A model generated the notes under the pieces. The model saw nothing but the letters and a program-made list of their open reading frames with translations. It had not been told where the DNA came from and did not search any database. Below, in pieces: positions 58,736-64,000 of a stretch of DNA of 64,000 bases. Position 1 is the first letter of the stretch; the number at the start of each line of letters is the position of its first letter. Both the position numbers and the translations under genes were made by a program. Source of the DNA: Patescibacteria group bacterium (lineage in GTDB: Bacteria > Patescibacteriota > Patescibacteriia > UBA9570); NCBI GenBank assembly GCA_041665365.1, contig JBAYIY010000006.1, forward strand, positions 19,602 to 83,601, read 5' to 3'.

Positions 58736-59086
58736 TTAAGCGCCGGAGGCGGTTTTTAATATTCCAAAAACGAAGCTGGTTAGGGCATAGGCACTTAAAA
58801 CAATCACTAAACCAATGGTTGCCCAGATGAGAGTACTTTTCCCTTTTTTGAGATTTTCTTCATTACCACCGGAAAACACCATGTGTAATCCACCCCAAAT
58901 AAACATTAACAAAGCCCCAGAACCAACTATGCCGAGTAATACTTGAATAATAATGGCTATAACGGTTGTAATGGTGACACTGGCAGCATCACCAACTGGC
59001 GAGAAACCGGTGTCGGTAGCCAAGGTGATCAGTGGAACCAAGAAACCAATAGATGTAATTAATATGGGTGGTAGTTTGGATTTCAT
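58736..59086 (-). CDS. VirB2/TrbC-like pilin
   Basis: WGGLHMVFSGGNEENLKKGKSTLIWATIG. Confidence 0.85.
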   Translation of the reverse strand: MKSKLPPILITSIGFLVPLITLATDTGFSPVGDAASVTITTVIAIIIQVLLGIVGSGALLMFIWGGLHMVFSGGNEENLKKGKSTLIWATIGLVIVLSAYALTSFVFGILKTASGA

Positions 59087-59889
59087 TTTAGTTTGGCACA
59101 GATTGTATCAGGTTTCGCACACGTTACCGTAGTATTAAAATCGTACTTAGTATTACTTTTTACTGTAGTTGCATCAACACAGTCATATCCTGTATGACCT
59201 TCAAGGACAAATTGTTGACAACCATCTATACAAGCACATTGATTCTTCGTATTTTTAGTGGAATCTTTAATCAGACTCATATCGGTTGTATCTTCACCGC
59301 TACATTTTACATCGGCTGTTGTATTAGCACGCCAACAATAACAAGTTGGATCTTTTATATTTTTACATGTGCCTATGCTGCACTTATCACTAATATTATG
59401 AGTCATACACTGTGCCGGTGCTGGTGGATTGCAGGCGCCAAGATCCCACCAGTTGTTACTGAATACTTTGGTGGTGGAAGTCCCGCCGGATAGGGCGGCA
59501 GCGCGGACAATAATATTAACTGCCAACCAGGCAATAAACACAATGGCTAAACCGGTCACCGTACCAATTAATATTTTTTTGCCGGTTTCAACGCGGGTTT
59601 CAACACCGGCTGAAAAAATCAACATGAGTCCACCGGCCACAAACATCAATAAGGCCAAACCTCCCAAGATACTGGCAATCAAGTTAGCGGCATTTACGAA
59701 GACACGAGTGATATCACAAATATCGCAACCACCGGCATCTTGGCATTCTTTTGGAACAATATTTATCCAACTGCTAGGGCTACTGGTGGTAGCGGTAGTC
59801 GGCACTTGAGCTAGAGCTGTCTGAGATAATCCAAAAACAAAAAAAACTGAGCCAGTAACAAGTAAACAGAATCTGGAAAACTTATTCAT
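59083..59889 (-). CDS. Pilin-family protein with Cys-rich N- and C-terminal extensions
   Basis: C...GGCDICD, AGGLMLIFSAG...GKKIL, many Cys in the C-terminal domain. Confidence 0.8.
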   Translation of the reverse strand: MNKFSRFCLLVTGSVFFVFGLSQTALAQVPTTATTSSPSSWINIVPKECQDAGGCDICDITRVFVNAANLIASILGGLALLMFVAGGLMLIFSAGVETRVETGKKILIGTVTGLAIVFIAWLAVNIIVRAAALSGGTSTTKVFSNNWWDLGACNPPAPAQCMTHNISDKCSIGTCKNIKDPTCYCWRANTTADVKCSGEDTTDMSLIKDSTKNTKNQCACIDGCQQFVLEGHTGYDCVDATTVKSNTKYDFNTTVTCAKPDTICAKLK

Positions 59890-61252
59890 AGGTTAATTCT
59901 ACCTTACTGGCGGTATTTTCAACAGCGGTGAGAATATCTAATCGGCCAGCGTTAACAATATCAATCATATCGGCAAAAGCCTGCTCGGTTTCGGCTGGTT
60001 TTTTGCCCGCATACCAGCTTTGGGCAGTTAAAGTTTCGTTAGCAAAGACAGCTAGATCAAAATTGTCTTTTTGGCTCTCCAATAAACTGCGTAGAGCGGT
60101 TGGTTTTGGATTTTTATCAAGCATGGCTTTTACATTCGTCTCAGAAGTAGTTAGAGCCTGAATAAAAGCCCAAGATTCATTGGGGTGAGCTGAGTTTACC
60201 GACACAGACTCTAACCAGTAGTTGGCGTAATTAATAGCGGTCAGCGGGTCAGCCGTTACTTGTGGAACCGGAGCGATGCCGATATCAAGTTGATCACCAC
60301 TATTTTTCATGGAGTCTTTATTGTAGTAATAACCAAAGTAATAGACTAATTTACCGGCTAAAAATTGTTCTAAAGCATCGGGCTGATCTTTATTCCAGCT
60401 GTACCAATCAACGGCTGGGTTAGCAAAACTGGTATAAAAATCTACGGCTTGAACACCGGGGGTGACTTCATCATTGCGGTTCTCACCTTGAGCAAATGTC
60501 ACATTAGTTCCCGAACTCATAGTGGCGCCATTTTGCATCATCAAAAGCGAAACAATATCAAACATTCTTGGAACGTTTTCGCTGGTACCCAAAGCTGCGC
60601 CAGCTTGAATAATATTGTCATTGACGTCAGTTAGGGTAAGTTGGGGTACCTGTTTAACGAAATCATCCCAAGTAGTGGCTGGTTGTGGAATATTCGCCGC
60701 ATCTAGTAGTGTTTTGTTGTAGTACAATACCAATGTATCCATACTTAACGGTAAACCATACACTTGACTAGTACCAGTGGCACTAGATTTAACCACATCA
60801 TCGTATACTACTTGTGGGAATAATACGTTTACATCTTGAGCAGTAGTTCCTTTCAATGCTTCACTCGCTACGACGGTATTTTTTTGGCCAAGTGATTGTG
60901 TCACAGTGACGGACGTTAATTTTAATGAGCTAGGCATTGGCGAAATCAGGTTTTGAAATGAGCCAATATGACTATTGGGTACAGAAAACATATCTGGTCC
61001 TTTACCCTGCGCCCACGCCTCGATAAGCTTACCTTCATATTCATCTTGCCGGAAGGTTTTTATTTCAACAGAGATATAAGGATATTTAACAGCAAAAGCA
61101 TCGATGACTGGTTGAATATCTTCACTCGATGTGTAAACTGTCCAGTACTCTAAAGTAAACGGAGCCGGTTGTGTACCAGAACCGCGGCAAACGGCGCCAC
61201 TTGAGATTAACCAAACGCACATTAAACTTAAACCAATCAGCGAGCGTTTCAT
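59882..61252 (-). CDS. Extracellular solute-binding (sugar-type) lipoprotein
   Basis: Lipobox-like GAVC, GPDMF, YGLPLSMDTLVLYYNK, PATTWDDF. Confidence 0.85.
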   Translation of the reverse strand: MKRSLIGLSLMCVWLISSGAVCRGSGTQPAPFTLEYWTVYTSSEDIQPVIDAFAVKYPYISVEIKTFRQDEYEGKLIEAWAQGKGPDMFSVPNSHIGSFQNLISPMPSSLKLTSVTVTQSLGQKNTVVASEALKGTTAQDVNVLFPQVVYDDVVKSSATGTSQVYGLPLSMDTLVLYYNKTLLDAANIPQPATTWDDFVKQVPQLTLTDVNDNIIQAGAALGTSENVPRMFDIVSLLMMQNGATMSSGTNVTFAQGENRNDEVTPGVQAVDFYTSFANPAVDWYSWNKDQPDALEQFLAGKLVYYFGYYYNKDSMKNSGDQLDIGIAPVPQVTADPLTAINYANYWLESVSVNSAHPNESWAFIQALTTSETNVKAMLDKNPKPTALRSLLESQKDNFDLAVFANETLTAQSWYAGKKPAETEQAFADMIDIVNAGRLDILTAVENTASKVELTYE

Positions 61253-61254
61253 GG

Positions 61255-62379
61255 TTAATACTGTAGCAAATTTAGCAATTTTTTAAAAGCCGGATGTTGT
61301 TTAGCGGCGTCTAAATCTGCTAAACGTTTAATTGGCCAAAACCGTTGTAACCGGTTAACCAACACATATTGCGATGGCAGATCAACATCACAGGCAAAAC
61401 GTTCGAGTTGAATCACGTTACCCTCAGTGATAGTTTTTTCAGCCAGCACCCAAGGCAGGTCGTTATCAAATTTTAGTAAATCAGATAATGTAAACCAAAA
61501 AGTATTTGTGTTTAGCCAAGGAAGGGCGGCATAATCAAAATCTGGCGGAAATTTCATTTGTTCAACAATGGTCATTTTACCATCTACTAAGCACGGCACA
61601 CCACCTTGATCAGCAGCTGATTTGTCTACTATCTCAACGGTTCGCCCGAGCTGACTTTTAATATGTTGTCCTAGTAGAACAACATCTAATGTAGCAGCAA
61701 TATTATCAATGTTAGAAAAAAATAAATATTTTACATTTGGAATTTGTTCATGTGCTAAATAATCACGCAACAGGTAAACGAAATCACCGTGGCCACAAGG
61801 CGCCCAGGATAATTTTCCTTGTTGGTCAACAAACACATCAATGTCTTCACGCACAGCGGTGTTGGTAAAGCGCGGGATATGTTCTTGCTGCACAACAAAA
61901 TGAATGCGCGTTGGATCAAGCGCAGAATATTTTTTATACAACATGTCTAAATGTTCACGGGTTGGTTGATCAGTTACAAAACTGTTCATGATTACAACCG
62001 GTGGATGACTTGCTAGGTGATGAGTTTTAGTTACTCTTAATAAATCAAGTATCTTTAACTCTAAATAACTAATGTCATCAATTACTGGGCTAACACCCTT
62101 AGCTAGATTTGAACCATATCTGGTAGCGGCGCCGCCGTTTAACCAGAATAATAATAACTCATCATGTTTTAGAGCGGTTATACCAATGTTACTAGAACCA
62201 GCATCATATTGGACAATATTTTTTGGCTCCGGAACCAGTAATTGAGTAGGCGATAACACAAAACTCGTCTGATCTAGTTCACCGGACTGTAGTTTAATAT
62301 GTAAGGCTTTAATGTGAGCCGGATCAACCCCTTTAGTCAGTAATTGTTGTTTAATTTCAGCCTGATCTATATGCAACAT
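61255..62379 (-). CDS. UTP--glucose-1-phosphate uridylyltransferase (eukaryote-type UDPGP family)
   Basis: LNGGAATRYG, MNSF.T, PCGHGD, SNIDN, NTNT, QLE, RFWPIK. Confidence 0.8.
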   Translation of the reverse strand: MLHIDQAEIKQQLLTKGVDPAHIKALHIKLQSGELDQTSFVLSPTQLLVPEPKNIVQYDAGSSNIGITALKHDELLLFWLNGGAATRYGSNLAKGVSPVIDDISYLELKILDLLRVTKTHHLASHPPVVIMNSFVTDQPTREHLDMLYKKYSALDPTRIHFVVQQEHIPRFTNTAVREDIDVFVDQQGKLSWAPCGHGDFVYLLRDYLAHEQIPNVKYLFFSNIDNIAATLDVVLLGQHIKSQLGRTVEIVDKSAADQGGVPCLVDGKMTIVEQMKFPPDFDYAALPWLNTNTFWFTLSDLLKFDNDLPWVLAEKTITEGNVIQLERFACDVDLPSQYVLVNRLQRFWPIKRLADLDAAKQHPAFKKLLNLLQY

Positions 62380-62425
62380 GCCGCCAATTATACCAAAAGT
62401 AAAATATATAGTATACTATCAGGGT

Positions 62426-62641
62426 ATGCGTAAGATTAGTGCCACTGATAAGGCACAAAAAACAAAAACACTACAACTGGTGCAAGATAATTTTGGAACG
62501 GCCACGGCCAAGTTGTATCGCTCAACTTTTACCGGCTTGCCGATTGATTATTTTGAAAAAGCAGTGGATAAGTTATTAGTAGATCAGCTTGGCTATCAAG
62601 CGGCGTATCATTTAATTCATCAAACTAATAAAAAGCCGTGA
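62426..62641 (+). CDS. Small hypothetical protein
   Basis: -10-like element directly before ATG; GTGA overlap with the next gene. Confidence 0.55.
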   Translation: MRKISATDKAQKTKTLQLVQDNFGTATAKLYRSTFTGLPIDYFEKAVDKLLVDQLGYQAAYHLIHQTNKKP

Positions 62642-63378
62642 CTTTGCTAAACCGTTTTTTGTCGATTGCTCTCGTTGCCACAGTCGTTGGAACGATTTGG
62701 TCGTATTGGTTATTGTCTTCAGAAACATACTTTACTAATGGGTGGCAAATATTTGTTGGGTTAGCTGCACCAGCCTTAGCCGTGTGTGCTGGCATTTTGG
62801 TTATATCGGTAGTCGGGTTAGATTCCATCCAGGGACGAATCTTAGGTCTAATCGTTGGGGGAACAATGCTGTGGGCTGTTGGAGAATTATTTGGTGGATT
62901 CAACCTGTTTTCATTGTTAGCTTACCCATTAGTTTTAATGGGTTTTTGTCAACAAATACGTTATTTAAAAAATGTTCGTTCTACCGCGACGGGTTTTTTC
63001 ATAACTACTGTGGTGTTAACCGCGATCATTGGCTGGGCAGTAATATATTTAATATTTGTCCCGAATGTAATATTTTGGGGTGGTGTCACCAGCACGGTAA
63101 TAATAATTTTAGAATTAATGTGTGTGACGATTATTTGTGCAGTACGCGGCGGTAAATTATTTTATCCTTGGTTAGCACTCGGTCTGGGTTTTGGACTCAT
63201 TTTTTCAGCCGGTATAGAATCGATTTGTTTAAATGGTGCAGTTTTAGTTGGAGTAAAAGTTTTAGGGTATCTGTTGATTGGTTATGGGTTTAACCAATTC
63301 GTGGTACTAATCTATGCAGCACAAAACTCAGTAAAACTAGCCGGTAAATATAAAGCTAAATTAAAGTCTTTAAAATAG
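62638..63378 (+). CDS. Polytopic membrane protein of unknown function
   Basis: About 7-8 hydrophobic helices; WAVGE, LAYP, GGKL..PW. Confidence 0.7.
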   Translation: MTLLNRFLSIALVATVVGTIWSYWLLSSETYFTNGWQIFVGLAAPALAVCAGILVISVVGLDSIQGRILGLIVGGTMLWAVGELFGGFNLFSLLAYPLVLMGFCQQIRYLKNVRSTATGFFITTVVLTAIIGWAVIYLIFVPNVIFWGGVTSTVIIILELMCVTIICAVRGGKLFYPWLALGLGFGLIFSAGIESICLNGAVLVGVKVLGYLLIGYGFNQFVVLIYAAQNSVKLAGKYKAKLKSLK

Positions 63379-63451
63379 AATGGACTTGATAACTCCATAA
63401 TATAGGGGATTCGGGATGCTTCGGGGAACAGCGCAGTAATCGTACTGCTGC

Positions 63452-63922
63452 TCACCCAGGCGCACCCCATGCTTGCAACCCCTTCAACCGCCGATGCTGA
63501 ATCTTCTCCGTCTTCGTGTTGAAGACAAGAAGCTCTCCATTTTGGAATAAGAAGAACCACTTGCCCTTGAAGAAGTATGCCTCAGCAAGGGTGGTGTTGT
63601 GGAGGACATGTGGTTCACTCCACATGAACCTACCCGGAACCATTTCCACGTACTGGATATAGTTCGTGGGATAGGTGTCGAGCTCGTCCCCATTGAGGGG
63701 GATCCAGTGCCCCACATAGACACAGATCTTCTCGTGATCCATGTAGGGCTCGACGATCATGACCCTAGTTGTATGAACCTTATACAGGAACTTGAGGGTG
63801 TTCAACTCGAACAACCACTCATGATCACAGAGACCCCCCTGCTTGGGCGGGTCGGCGGCCAACACGAAGTTAGGGCAGAAGAACACGAACAGGAACACCA
63901 TGACCGTCATGACGTGACGCAT
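63452..63922 (-). CDS. GC-rich hypothetical secreted protein
   Basis: Signal peptide ending VLA-ADPP; GGAG upstream; C/G-ending codons. Confidence 0.6.
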   Translation of the reverse strand: MRHVMTVMVFLFVFFCPNFVLAADPPKQGGLCDHEWLFELNTLKFLYKVHTTRVMIVEPYMDHEKICVYVGHWIPLNGDELDTYPTNYIQYVEMVPGRFMWSEPHVLHNTTLAEAYFFKGKWFFLFQNGELLVFNTKTEKIQHRRLKGLQAWGAPG

Positions 63923-64000
63923 GTGAATTCTCCGGGTCGTGCGGGTTGAGTAGTGTGCACGACTGACAAGTTTTTAGATGAAAAATGGGTTTTTGTCAAG

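Noticed and set aside
1-64000. Alternative genetic code (TGA=Gly, as in Gracilibacteria/Absconditabacteria)
   Set aside because: Conserved genes are full length under code 11, and TGA ends genes such as dnaN at the expected position

Overview
Chromosomal segment of a Patescibacteria (CPR) bacterium, probably class ABY1 (inferred from gene content). It is about 40% GC by eye and uses the standard code. It spans the likely replication origin (yidC-yidD-rnpA-rpmH / dnaA-oriC-dnaN-dciA), many housekeeping genes (tig, nusA, rnhB, infB, rbfA, clpP, rny, ymdB, HU, tyrS, ruvC, yebC, PBP1A) and 8 tRNAs. Metabolic genes include an archaeal-type PEP carboxylase, LDH, GDH, aminotransferases, an H+-PPase, PGI/PMI, GalT and a UGPase. 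Accessory content includes two REP-associated (RAYT-like) HUH tyrosine transposase genes, one interrupted by a stop; a DUF559 endonuclease bracketed by its own palindromic element; at least three families of dispersed palindromic repeats; a GC-rich aminotransferase cassette with a structured 3' RNA; an ATP-grasp/7TM/aspartyl-protease triad; and a 10-gene VirB2/TrbC-like pilin array next to two STT3-like GT-C glycosyltransferases. The most novel signals are (1) a conserved, covarying leader hairpin abutting the start codon of four nuclease genes from three families (YraN, two RAYTs, DUF559); (2) REP cores whose perfect palindromy extends into site-specific flanking DNA; and (3) a ~120-bp non-autonomous element tied to DUF559. 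All calls come from reading the sequence; no database searches were run.
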